Shown here in pieces: positions 46,438 through 55,532 of a stretch of 64,000 nucleotides of DNA. Position 1 is the first letter of the stretch. Each line of letters opens with the position of its first letter. A model generated the notes under the pieces. It did no database searches. It saw nothing but the letters and a program-made list of their open reading frames with translations, and was not told the origin of the DNA. The DNA lies in contig JAYUEN010000387.1 in assembly GCA_043739185.1 (NCBI GenBank), forward strand, positions 27,518 to 91,517, given 5' to 3'. The position numbers were made by a program, and so were the translations under genes. Source of the stretch: Bdellovibrionales bacterium. Lineage in GTDB: Bacteria > Bdellovibrionota > Bdellovibrionia > Bdellovibrionales > JAMPXM01.

Positions 46438-47695
46438 TTCTGACCTTCCTTCAAACTCAGTGTCGAGTTTCAATTGTCCTTCGTGTGGCGCCGCAGTTGT
46501 AATTAGAGCGGCCGGAATTACATTGACTGCTGTTTGTTCAGCCTGCGGCGCGATCTGTGATAGTGAGAATGGCAATTTTAAATTAGTAAAAAAAGCTCAT
46601 GAACTTTTAAATATTAAGCCCCTGATTGAACTCGGCACAAAAGGAAAAATTCGCGGTCAAATTTTTCAGCTCATCGGCTTCATGCGCCGTTTTGAAAAAG
46701 AATATCCAAATGAACCATGGGATGAATACCTATTTTTTAATCCTTTTAATGGCTATTGTTGGTTGGTTGAATACAAAGGCCATTGGAATTTTTATAAGGT
46801 TACTAAGAATTCGCCAAAGAATTACCTCGGTTCTAAAATTGATTTTTTGGGTGATAAATATCAGATATTTCACAAGGGCAATGCGGTCGTTCAATTTGTA
46901 GTCGGTGAATTTTATTGGCGAGTACGAGTTGGTGACAGTGTTAAAACCCTTGATGCCATTTACCCTCCACATATTTTATCAAAGGAACAAGACGGAAGTG
47001 AAGTGATATGGTCTATTGGTGAGTATCTCGAGCCGCAAGAAGTTGAAGCGGCATTTCATCCAAAGCCAATGCCTGTTCGACATGGAGTGGCCCCAAGTCA
47101 GCCATCGAAAAGTAAAGGTGCTGGCGAAGCTTGGGCCGCATGGTTTTTGATTTTGCTTGCATTAGTCATGATTCAAATAATTGGTAAATCAGTTAAGCCT
47201 GAAAAAATAATTTCGGGTACAAGTTTAAGTATTCCCATAACAGGTTTGAATGAAACTGAAATTCTCAAATTTTCAACAGAAGGCATTTCAACTCACGTCG
47301 CAATCAATGTCCACGCCAAGCTTGAACAGAGCTGGACAAGTATGAAGTTAAGAGTGGTTTCAGATGACCCATTAAAAACCACCAATCATACATTTGAAAA
47401 AGAGCTTTCATATTATTTTGGAAGAGATGGCGGTGAATATTGGAGCGAGGGCAGTCAGAACGCAGAGTTTTTGGTCAATGGATTACCTCGTGGCGATTAC
47501 CATGTTCTTATTTCGGCAACCGCCGAGCCAGGACATACTGCCGATGTATTGGCAAGTATTGTAGTCTCACCTTCAATTTGGTCGAATTTTTGGCTCGCGA
47601 TTTTAATTCTTTGTTTACCGCCGGTTTGGATGAGTTTCAGATCAAAGTCTTTTGAAATTAATCGTTGGAGTGAAAGCGAATTCAAACCCTTTTAA
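46427..47695 (+). CDS. DUF4178-domain membrane protein with Zn ribbon
   Basis: CPSCGA...CSACG, WDEYL, VGEFYW, two TM segments, C-terminal RWSES. Confidence 0.85.
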   Translation: MAGNSDLPSNSVSSFNCPSCGAAVVIRAAGITLTAVCSACGAICDSENGNFKLVKKAHELLNIKPLIELGTKGKIRGQIFQLIGFMRRFEKEYPNEPWDEYLFFNPFNGYCWLVEYKGHWNFYKVTKNSPKNYLGSKIDFLGDKYQIFHKGNAVVQFVVGEFYWRVRVGDSVKTLDAIYPPHILSKEQDGSEVIWSIGEYLEPQEVEAAFHPKPMPVRHGVAPSQPSKSKGAGEAWAAWFLILLALVMIQIIGKSVKPEKIISGTSLSIPITGLNETEILKFSTEGISTHVAINVHAKLEQSWTSMKLRVVSDDPLKTTNHTFEKELSYYFGRDGGEYWSEGSQNAEFLVNGLPRGDYHVLISATAEPGHTADVLASIVVSPSIWSNFWLAILILCLPPVWMSFRSKSFEINRWSESEFKPF

Positions 47696-47709
47696 GTGAA
47701 AGTTAACTT

Positions 47710-47934
47710 ATGGCCGAAGAAGAAAAATCCGTTGAAAGTCAAAATTTTTGGACAAGCTTACCGTCTGGAGTCCGCTATTATATTTACTTCAGTGTTTTGG
47801 TATGTTCAGGCGTGGCTTGTGCGAATCATTTGGGATGGTTCCCAACTTACGGAATATTCTCTGGCGAAAACTCAATGCATTCACGTTATCACAGTAGCTA
47901 CTATCACGGTGGCTACGGAATTCATGGCAAATAA
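47710..47934 (+). CDS. Small membrane protein of the DUF4178 operon
   Basis: One TM segment and a His/Gly/Tyr-rich tail ending HGK; fills the operon gap. Confidence 0.6.
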   Translation: MAEEEKSVESQNFWTSLPSGVRYYIYFSVLVCSGVACANHLGWFPTYGIFSGENSMHSRYHSSYYHGGYGIHGK

Positions 47935-47949
47935 AATCAGGAGGTTTGA

Positions 47950-48168
47950 ATGGAAATTTTAATTAATCCGGTAAACATAATAAACGCTGTCATCTACTCG
48001 TGTTTAGGGCTATGTCTTTTTGCCTTAGGCTTTTGGCTGATTGATCGCTTTACTCCTTATCATCTCTGGAAGGAAGTCATCGAAGAGAAAAATATTGCTC
48101 TGGCAATTGTGGTCGGCGCAATTTCAATCGGTATCTGCAATATCATCGCGGCGGCCCTCAATGGCTAG
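47950..48168 (+). CDS. DUF350-family membrane protein
   Basis: DRFTPYHLWKEVIEEKNIALAI; GGAGG RBS. Confidence 0.9.
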   Translation: MEILINPVNIINAVIYSCLGLCLFALGFWLIDRFTPYHLWKEVIEEKNIALAIVVGAISIGICNIIAAALNG

Positions 48169-48178
48169 CTCTTAATTA

Positions 48179-49684
48179 ATGTCTTTGTTATTTCTCCTCT
48201 CAGCTTTTGTTATTTCAACATGTGGGCTCGTTTACGAGCTTGTCAATGGCGCGCTCGCCAGTTACCTGTTGGGCGACTCTGTAACCCAGTTTTCGACCGT
48301 CATTGGGGTTTATCTGTTTGCCATGGGCATTGGCTCTTATTTAACAAAATTTATTCGCGGAAACTTAGCGCTCACTTTTGTCGGAATTGAAATTTTAGTT
48401 GGAGTGGTCGGTGGCTTCTCTTCAGCCTTACTCTTTGTTTTGTTTGCTCATATTGTACATTTTCGCGTTTGCTTGTATCTCATTGTTGGTATCACCGGAA
48501 TGCTTGTGGGTGCCGAGATTCCGATTCTTCTGCGAATATTACAAGATCAATTTCAATTCAAAGACTTAGTGGCGAAAGTATTTACTTTTGATTATGTCGG
48601 GGCTCTATTTGCCTCCATTTTATTTCCGCTTCTGTTGGTTCCTCATCTCGGGATGATCAGAACGAGTTTTCTCTTTGGAATATTCAATGTGGTGGTCGCT
48701 CTTGCCGCAATTCAAATTTTGGGTCAAAAGTCGATTGCCTATAAATCCCTGCGAGGTGTCGCCATTCTTGCACTCGTATCTCTGATTACTGGATTTGCAG
48801 CCAGCGATAGACTTGAGGCCTTTGGTGAGGCGGGGGTTTTTCCTGGGCAAACAATATTTGCTAAAACCACGAACTATCAGCGTATTTTAATTACCAGACA
48901 AGAAAATGATATTCGTCTTTTTTTAAATGCACATTTGCAATTTAGTTCACGTGATGAATATCGCTACCACGAAGCCCTGATCCATCCCGGCCTCAATTCA
49001 ATCGAAAATCCTGAAAGAGTCCTTGTCTTGGGCGGCGGCGATGGCATGGCGGTTAGAGAAATTCTCAAGCACCCTAAAGTAAAATCGGTCACACTTGTGG
49101 ATTTAGATGCCGAGATGACACGTATTTTCACAGACATTGATTTTTTGCGAATTTTGAACAAGAGTTCATTTAGTGATCCGCGTATGAACATCATCAATAC
49201 CGATGCCTTTGTCTGGCTCAAGGAGCATCCAAGCGAAAAGTTTGATTTCATTGTTTTGGATTTTCCGGATCCAGCAAATTATTCAATCGGCAAACTTTAT
49301 ACCATTACTTTTTTTAAATTGCTTTTGCAGGCCCTTCAAAAAGATGGCCGTGTAGTCATTCAAAGTACATCGCCCTTGGCAGCAAGAAAATCATACTGGT
49401 GTGTGGCACATACTTTGACGGCTGCGGGTTTTAAAAACATTACGCCCTATCATGCCTATGTCCCATCTTTTGGTGAATGGGGATTTGTTATGGGCTCGCA
49501 AACTCCCTTTCGGTCGCCCGAGCAATATCTGGATGGTTTGAAGTTTATTGAGCCCAAGACTTTTTCGGCAATGCTTTATTTTCCTAGCGATATGTCTGAC
49601 GTTCCGACCGAAATTAATCGACTCAATAATCAAGCGCTGGTGAGATATTATGAGGCTGAGTGGTCAGAATTTCTGGTGAACTGA
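48179..49684 (+). CDS. speE: Membrane-bound polyamine aminopropyltransferase (spermidine synthase-like)
   Basis: CGLVYEL and ~7 TM segments; DEYRYHEAL, VLGGGDG, DFPDP, VPSFGEWGF. Confidence 0.9.
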   Translation: MSLLFLLSAFVISTCGLVYELVNGALASYLLGDSVTQFSTVIGVYLFAMGIGSYLTKFIRGNLALTFVGIEILVGVVGGFSSALLFVLFAHIVHFRVCLYLIVGITGMLVGAEIPILLRILQDQFQFKDLVAKVFTFDYVGALFASILFPLLLVPHLGMIRTSFLFGIFNVVVALAAIQILGQKSIAYKSLRGVAILALVSLITGFAASDRLEAFGEAGVFPGQTIFAKTTNYQRILITRQENDIRLFLNAHLQFSSRDEYRYHEALIHPGLNSIENPERVLVLGGGDGMAVREILKHPKVKSVTLVDLDAEMTRIFTDIDFLRILNKSSFSDPRMNIINTDAFVWLKEHPSEKFDFIVLDFPDPANYSIGKLYTITFFKLLLQALQKDGRVVIQSTSPLAARKSYWCVAHTLTAAGFKNITPYHAYVPSFGEWGFVMGSQTPFRSPEQYLDGLKFIEPKTFSAMLYFPSDMSDVPTEINRLNNQALVRYYEAEWSEFLVN

Positions 49685-51321
49685 TGAGAGAGTGGACGCG
49701 CCGTCAGGTTTTAAAGTCTTCAATTATCGGAACTGGCGGCTTAGTACTTGCTTCAAAGGGAGTTTTTTCTCTTTTTAAGAAAAAATCAGCATCTGAAATT
49801 CCAGTTAAACTTTTAGGGCCATCATCATCTGTAGCTCATAAATTAAGAGATGGATTTGAATTCCCAGCACCAAGTGAATTTAAGAAAACTGAAGTTTTGA
49901 TTGTGGGCGGAGGAATTTCGGGCTTATCAGCTGGCTGGAGACTTCAAAAAAGAGGCATTCGCGATTTTCAGATTCTCGAACTTGAAAGTGAAGTTGGAGG
50001 GAACTCGCGCGCAGGGAAAAATGAAGTTTCAAAATTTCCCTGGGGCGCCCATTATGTGACTCTCTTGAATGAAGAAGCTCTGTATGCAAAAGAAATGTAT
50101 CGAGACTTTGGCATCATCACCGGAGAAAATGATCAGCGTGCAATTTATAATGAATACTATCTCTGTCAGGCTCCACATGAACGTCTTTATATATATCAAA
50201 AATGGCAAGAAGGCTTATTGCCAAAGCTTGGTGTCAGTTTAGACGATGAAATTCAAGCGAAAGCTTTCTTTGCCGAAGTTGAAAAATACCGCTATGCCAA
50301 GGGCAATGACGGAAGATATGCATTTACGATTCCACTTGAAATGAGTTCTAGGGATCCGCGTTTTCTTGCCCTAGACCAAATAACGATGGCAGAATTTCTC
50401 AAGCGAAATTCCTGGAATTCGAAACCTCTCAATTGGTATGTAAATTATTGCTGTCGCGACGACTTCGGAATTCCTCACTCGCAGGCTTCTGCCTGGGCAG
50501 GTTTGCATTATTTTTGTTCTCGTCGGGGACAGGCAGATGGAGTCGATGGCTCTGCAGTTCTGACCTGGCCCGAGGGCAATGGGTGGATTGTTGGTAAGCT
50601 TCGAGAAAAACTTGGACCCTTCATTGAACAAGATTCTCTTGCCATTCAAATTCGTGAAAATGGCGGGCAGGTGAGTGTCGATGTATGGAATGAAAAAAGC
50701 AAATCCGTAACTCGGTGGACGGCGCAGTCTCTCATATTAGCCGTTCCCAGATTTGTTTCAACCCATCTCGCCCCAATCTTGAAGCAAAAACAAAATGAAA
50801 TTGTGCAAGCGATTTCATACTCTCCTTGGATGGTTGCAAATATAACTTTACGAAAAGCACCTGCCACCGAAGCTGGTGCAGCCATTTCGTGGGATAATGT
50901 TTTTTATCAGAGCGATTCTTTGGGGTATGTTGTTGCCACCCATCAGCGCTCAGCGATTCATACCGAAGCTACGGTTTGGACTTACTATAAACCACTTGAT
51001 CATCTCGAGCCGAGCTTGGCACGGAAACAAGCTTACTCAACAACGGCTGAAGATTGGCGAGCGATGATCATTGCTGATATTTCAAAGGCCCACCCAGATA
51101 TCTCAGACTATATAGAATCTATAGAGGTTTGGATATGGGGACATGCGATGGTTCGACCGACTCCTGGTTTTATTTGGGGGCAGGCAAGAGCGGAAATGCA
51201 AAAGACTTTGGGGCGAATTCATTTTGCCCATTCGGATATGAGTGGGATTTCAATTTTTGAAGAAGCTAATTTTCACGGAGTAAGGGCTGCAGATGAGGTC
51301 ATTAAATATGATCTCGGTTAA
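49684..51321 (+). CDS. Tat-signal FAD-dependent amine oxidase-like oxidoreductase
   Basis: TRRQVLK twin-arginine motif, GGGISG, GGNSR, WGAHY, WGHAM, SIFEEA; TGATG coupling to the upstream gene. Confidence 0.88.
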   Translation: MREWTRRQVLKSSIIGTGGLVLASKGVFSLFKKKSASEIPVKLLGPSSSVAHKLRDGFEFPAPSEFKKTEVLIVGGGISGLSAGWRLQKRGIRDFQILELESEVGGNSRAGKNEVSKFPWGAHYVTLLNEEALYAKEMYRDFGIITGENDQRAIYNEYYLCQAPHERLYIYQKWQEGLLPKLGVSLDDEIQAKAFFAEVEKYRYAKGNDGRYAFTIPLEMSSRDPRFLALDQITMAEFLKRNSWNSKPLNWYVNYCCRDDFGIPHSQASAWAGLHYFCSRRGQADGVDGSAVLTWPEGNGWIVGKLREKLGPFIEQDSLAIQIRENGGQVSVDVWNEKSKSVTRWTAQSLILAVPRFVSTHLAPILKQKQNEIVQAISYSPWMVANITLRKAPATEAGAAISWDNVFYQSDSLGYVVATHQRSAIHTEATVWTYYKPLDHLEPSLARKQAYSTTAEDWRAMIIADISKAHPDISDYIESIEVWIWGHAMVRPTPGFIWGQARAEMQKTLGRIHFAHSDMSGISIFEEANFHGVRAADEVIKYDLG

Positions 51322-52453
51322 TCAAGCTCGCAATCAGCCCCAAAATCAGGCCCAAAATCAGGCCCAAAATCAGCCATGGATTCATTCGGCAGCATTTGAC
51401 CTCAGCCTAATTTTGGGCCCGTCCTTAATGGCTTGTTTAATCGTGCTGCTTTTTAATAAAGGTTTTGAACAACATCATGCTGTAGGTCCTATGGCGTGGA
51501 TTATTCTTGTCGTTTGCATTGATGTCGCACATGTTTACTCTTCAATTTTTAGAACCTACGGTGACTCAGATATGCAAGCGCGCAGTCTTCTTTGGCTTGT
51601 TCCTCTTCTTTGTTGGGGTTTTGGCTCCGTCCTATATTCATTAGGACCTCACATTTTTTGGGCGGGTTTGGCATATATAGCGGTTTTTCACTTCATACGC
51701 CAGCAATACGGTTTTGCAATGATCTATGCTCGTGGAGAGCGAGACTATCCATCGTATTTTAAGCAACTCGATCGCGTTAGTATTTATGCTGCGACCATTT
51801 ACCCTCTGGTTTTCTGGCATACGCATTTACCGCGAAATTTCAATTGGTTTCTCGAAGGTGACTTCATCGGATTTTCTTTTCCGGAAGCGAGCCGGATCGC
51901 TGGCTGGATTTATATTTCGATTTTGGTATCTTATACTATCAAAGAGTTTTGGATTGTACTTCAATATAAGTATTTCAATATTCCGCGGAACTTAATTGTC
52001 ATCAGTACAGCACTTTCTTGGTATGTTGGCATAGTTTGGCTGAACAATGATTTGGCGTTTACACTAACAAATGTTGTATCGCATGGAATTCCTTATATGG
52101 CACTCGTTTGGCTCTACGGCAATAAAAACAAAAATTCAAAAAGTCTAAAGTTACGGGGAAAATCACTTTTCAGTTTACCTATGATCCCAGTCTATATCGG
52201 GATACTCGTACTTTTGGCCTATCTCGAAGAAGGTTTGTGGGACGCTTTTGTTTGGCGAGATCATATGCGGTTTTTTTCGATCTTTTCTGACCTGCCGATC
52301 ATTCAAGACCGCCTCGTCCTGGCATTGCTGGTCCCGCTTCTGGCTTTGCCACAATCTACACATTATATTTTTGACGCTTTTCTTTGGCGAGTGAGAGGCA
52401 AAGACAGTGGATGGAAAAATGTGCTGCTAAAACCCCTGGAGGTAAAGCAATGA
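51308..52453 (+). CDS. Conserved polytopic membrane protein with His motifs
   Basis: DVAHVYS, FHFIRQQYG, SHGIPY, THYIFDAFLW; multiple TM segments. Confidence 0.8.
   Translation: MISVNQARNQPQNQAQNQAQNQPWIHSAAFDLSLILGPSLMACLIVLLFNKGFEQHHAVGPMAWIILVVCIDVAHVYSSIFRTYGDSDMQARSLLWLVPLLCWGFGSVLYSLGPHIFWAGLAYIAVFHFIRQQYGFAMIYARGERDYPSYFKQLDRVSIYAATIYPLVFWHTHLPRNFNWFLEGDFIGFSFPEASRIAGWIYISILVSYTIKEFWIVLQYKYFNIPRNLIVISTALSWYVGIVWLNNDLAFTLTNVVSHGIPYMALVWLYGNKNKNSKSLKLRGKSLFSLPMIPVYIGILVLLAYLEEGLWDAFVWRDHMRFFSIFSDLPIIQDRLVLALLVPLLALPQSTHYIFDAFLWRVRGKDSGWKNVLLKPLEVKQ
51332..51375 (+). repeat. 12-bp coding tandem repeat (NQ[P/A]Q)
   Basis: AATCAGCCCCAA AATCAGGCCCAA AATCAGGCCCAA AATCAGCC. Confidence 0.85.
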
Positions 52454-52604
52454 GTGAATTTGAAAGTGAGCCAGTTTTCACATGCGGCTTGATACCTTTT
52501 TTCGAAATCAAAGGGAGGGCAAATATTGAAAGAGCAAAGCCGCCAGCTAGAGCATGCGCTAAAATTAACCAGCGAATTGGGTTTCCTAGAATTAAAAATT
52601 TCAT
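52450..52604 (-). pseudogene. N-terminal fragment of a DUF2306-like membrane protein
   Basis: AHALAGGFAL...PLISKKG..HVKTG, then the frame runs into the convergent gene; GGAGAGG RBS. Confidence 0.5.
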
Positions 52605-52622
52605 TTCAGCCTCTCCAATTAA

Positions 52623-53003
52623 TTAATCATCAAAAATTCTAAAACGATTTTTCAGAATATGAGTCGACATCTCAATAAACATTTTAACCGCGGGTGAAAC
52701 ATATCTCTGTGCAGGATAAACAAAATGAACCGGACTCTTGTTGGAGCGCCAGTCCTCTAATACGCGAACCAGCCTTCCTGATTTTAGTTCGGCTTGACAT
52801 AAAAAAGATGGTAAAAGAGAAATGCCCTCGCCTTGCAAGGTGAAATTAAGTGCGAGGTTGATATCATTAACGATTATTTTTCCGGGTAACTGAACGATGA
52901 CTGAGCGTTTGGCACTTTGAAGCCGCCATTCAGAAGTCGAGATCGGACTAAAGAGAATACAGTCATGCGTCTCGAGATCTTTTGGACTCATTGGTGTGCC
53001 GCG
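52623..53003 (-). pseudogene. 5'-truncated LysR-family regulator (substrate-binding C-terminal part only)
   Basis: RGTPMSPKDLETHDC, GEGISLLP, SGRLVRVLEDW, VYP; no HTH domain; abuts the yceI RBS. Confidence 0.75.
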
Positions 53004-53020
53004 AGATAACGGAGGATATT

Positions 53021-53551
53021 ATGTCAATCTACAAACTCGATCCTATGCACTCAACAGTTGCCTTTAGTGTTAAGCATATGATGATTGCAAAAGTTCACGG
53101 CGCATTTGAAAAGCTTGCAGGCGAGCTTACTTTTGATCAAGCCCATCCCGAAAAGTCAAAAGCCGAAGCTGTGATCGAAGCTTCAAGTATTAATACTCGC
53201 GAAGTTCAAAGAGATGCTCACTTAAAAAGTGCCGACTTCTTTGATGTTGAGAAGTATTCAACACTTAGTTTTAAATCAACTGGGGTTCGTATTTCTGGCG
53301 ATGGCGAGCTTAAAGTAAGTGGGGAACTTTCAATCAAAGGAATTTCTAAACCCATCGAACTCAATGTCGAGGGTCCCAGCGCCGAACTCAAAGACCCTTT
53401 TGGAAATATTAAAATTGGTCTTTCTGCGAGTACCAAGATCAAGCGCAAAGATTTCGGCCTCACTTGGAATGCAGCGCTTGAAACCGGAGGGGTCCTCGTA
53501 GGAGATGAAGTGACCATAACTCTCGATTTGCAATTTGCAAAACAAGTTTAA
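53021..53551 (+). CDS. yceI: YceI-family protein
   Basis: DPMHSTVAFSVKH, RDAHLKSADFFDVEKY, RKDFGLTWN; GGAGG RBS. Confidence 0.95.
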   Translation: MSIYKLDPMHSTVAFSVKHMMIAKVHGAFEKLAGELTFDQAHPEKSKAEAVIEASSINTREVQRDAHLKSADFFDVEKYSTLSFKSTGVRISGDGELKVSGELSIKGISKPIELNVEGPSAELKDPFGNIKIGLSASTKIKRKDFGLTWNAALETGGVLVGDEVTITLDLQFAKQV

Positions 53552-53640
53552 AAATTGTGGCGTTTAAAGGTGCGATCTTTTTTAAGTATGGATAAATTCA
53601 GGGTCAGGCAGCTGCCACGACAGTTAGCCGCAACGGACCC

Positions 53641-53706
53641 AGAACCAGAGACCGAAATAGCTTAACTGCCAACCGCTGCGGCTGCCGTTAAAACTGATTT
53701 GAATTC
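53641..53706 (+). repeat. Dispersed intergenic repeat, copy 4 (inverted relative to copies 1-3)
   Basis: Reverse complement reads GAATTCAAATCAGTTTTAACGGCAGCCGCAGCGG...CTATTTCGGTCTCTGG. Confidence 0.8.
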
Positions 53707-53732
53707 CTATCAAAGATTAAATTCAGTCACAA

Positions 53733-53748
53733 TGGCCTGGCAGATGCA
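53733..53748 (+). promoter_or_regulatory. Putative sigma-54 promoter
   Basis: TGGCCTGGCAGATGCA (GG-N10-GC). Confidence 0.45.
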
Positions 53749-53848
53749 TTGATTTGTTTATATGAGAATCAAATGGGCTGGTAGTGAATTTCGGACCTTA
53801 ACACTGTCAATTGTGTCGACAGTTGCAAGACCAAATTTGGCTAAGAGC

Positions 53849-54715
53849 ATGGGGCCCTATTTGAGTGGCCTTTGCTTTATTGAGTTTTGCTTGGTTTTCC
53901 TATGTCTTTTTAATACTCATGTCTATGCGCAAACCTTAGAATGCCGAAATTTATTTTACCCAAAATCTGAGTGGGATTTAAAAGCGGCGCGGCTTGAAAC
54001 AGATAAATTTGAAATCATATCAAGCGTTGATCCTGAAACTCAAATTGCGACAGAAGCTCTGATTGATAGCTTTTCGAAAAGTTATGGTCAAGATGCCTTT
54101 CGAGTAATCCTTACCGGAAACGCAAGAGGCAAAATTGGCATTATCGGAGATTTGCCGCCACAAATTGCAGCGGTCTTCAATGCTCATCTCACAAAACTGA
54201 GCGAGTATTTCACAGCGCGTTTTCCAAAGAAAAAAATTTTTTTTAATAGCGCTGAAATTCGCATTAGCGATGATGGGCATTTTGATGTTGCTCATTTACA
54301 TCTCGATTACGGTGGCTTTGGTGATTCGACTTATTCAACCTCAACCAATTTTAACTCTTCTGGAGTCGGAACTTTGGTAGCAAGCTCAAATAATATTGTC
54401 AAAATATCTGAGAGTAAAAACCCCGAGAATTTATTGCCTCTTGAGTATCGCGATGCAAATAAAAATTGGGCGCCAGTTCCTGATTATGGAGTTGATCCCC
54501 TTCACTTAAAGCAGTTAGAAGTTGGAGAGACCTTGATAATTAATAGATCACGAGGCGGCGGAATAACTTCAGAGCGAAGAATAGATGGGCGTGATGGGAT
54601 TGAAGCCCAACGAAGGGCCATCTTTGAAAGTGGTCCCTGGCATGCAAGCCCAGCCTTGTTGCCTGTGACTAAACCAAGAAGATTTTGGATAGGCGTAGTT
54701 ATTAGTGTCGAATAA
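53849..54715 (+). CDS. Exported hypothetical protein, possible 2OG-Fe(II) oxygenase fold (start uncertain; ORF open from 53762)
   Basis: Signal peptide ending VYA; HLD (HxD), WHASP, RRFW motif order. Confidence 0.55.
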   Translation: MGPYLSGLCFIEFCLVFLCLFNTHVYAQTLECRNLFYPKSEWDLKAARLETDKFEIISSVDPETQIATEALIDSFSKSYGQDAFRVILTGNARGKIGIIGDLPPQIAAVFNAHLTKLSEYFTARFPKKKIFFNSAEIRISDDGHFDVAHLHLDYGGFGDSTYSTSTNFNSSGVGTLVASSNNIVKISESKNPENLLPLEYRDANKNWAPVPDYGVDPLHLKQLEVGETLIINRSRGGGITSERRIDGRDGIEAQRRAIFESGPWHASPALLPVTKPRRFWIGVVISVE

Positions 54716-54716
54716 T

Positions 54717-55532
54717 TTAATTTGATTTTCTTTTTCGGTCCCACCAACAGACACCATGTTCTTTTTGATCAAAGCGAAAACCAACAGACTCATAGATGCG
54801 GGCGGCATGATAGTCTTGATCTGCACACATCACCAATTGCTTAAGCTTTAAATTTTGCAAAGCATACTGCGCTGATTTAAAAACCAAGGTACCGCAAATA
54901 CCCTGCCTTGCATAATTGGGGTGAGTGCAAACAATTTGGTACCGTCCGATTTTACAATCGTGAAAGATACCAAGTCCGGCCACGAGCTCATTTTCTAAAA
55001 AGCCTCCGAACCAAAGTCCTTTTTTAGCATTTGCCATTTTGCGATAGCGTTCACTTTGAGCTCTATAAAAACTCTCCCACTCATGCCTAGGCAAATGCGG
55101 ATGAGCCGCGGCAGCATCTGTTTGAATTTCAATCATGCGGTCCCATTCGTGTATTGATTCGAGCGGTCTGACAACCAGTCTTGAGTTCAAATGTGGCGGA
55201 GGATTAACTTTTGAAGTGCTCAATACCATTTGTTTTTGTAATTCAAATCCATTTTGCAAAAAATCAGAAACCTCACCGACCTCTCCGGATTGAGAATCCC
55301 AGGCAATTGTCACATGATAAGTCGAGGGATCGGTAAACTCTTTTTTAAATAGGTCGAGCCATTGCTGAAAATCTGATTTTAAAGGCGGGCGATCAAAGAT
55401 GAGTAAGTTTCCCCAAAAAAAATTGGGATTACTAAGAGTTTTGACAACTAAATAGGAACCACGATCTTCAATCTTGCCATCAAAGTCTATAAAAATTAAG
55501 TCTGAGCGATACCCAAGAGATTTAAGAATCAT
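54717..55532 (-). CDS. GNAT acetyltransferase
   Basis: NPNFFWGN, THPNYARQGIC, IYESVGF. Confidence 0.85.
   Translation of the reverse strand: MILKSLGYRSDLIFIDFDGKIEDRGSYLVVKTLSNPNFFWGNLLIFDRPPLKSDFQQWLDLFKKEFTDPSTYHVTIAWDSQSGEVGEVSDFLQNGFELQKQMVLSTSKVNPPPHLNSRLVVRPLESIHEWDRMIEIQTDAAAAHPHLPRHEWESFYRAQSERYRKMANAKKGLWFGGFLENELVAGLGIFHDCKIGRYQIVCTHPNYARQGICGTLVFKSAQYALQNLKLKQLVMCADQDYHAARIYESVGFRFDQKEHGVCWWDRKRKSN

Noticed and set aside
8241..53706. Dispersed repeat read as a CRISPR array or MITE
   Set aside because: The copies are kilobases apart with no spacers, cas genes, terminal inverted repeats or visible target duplications.
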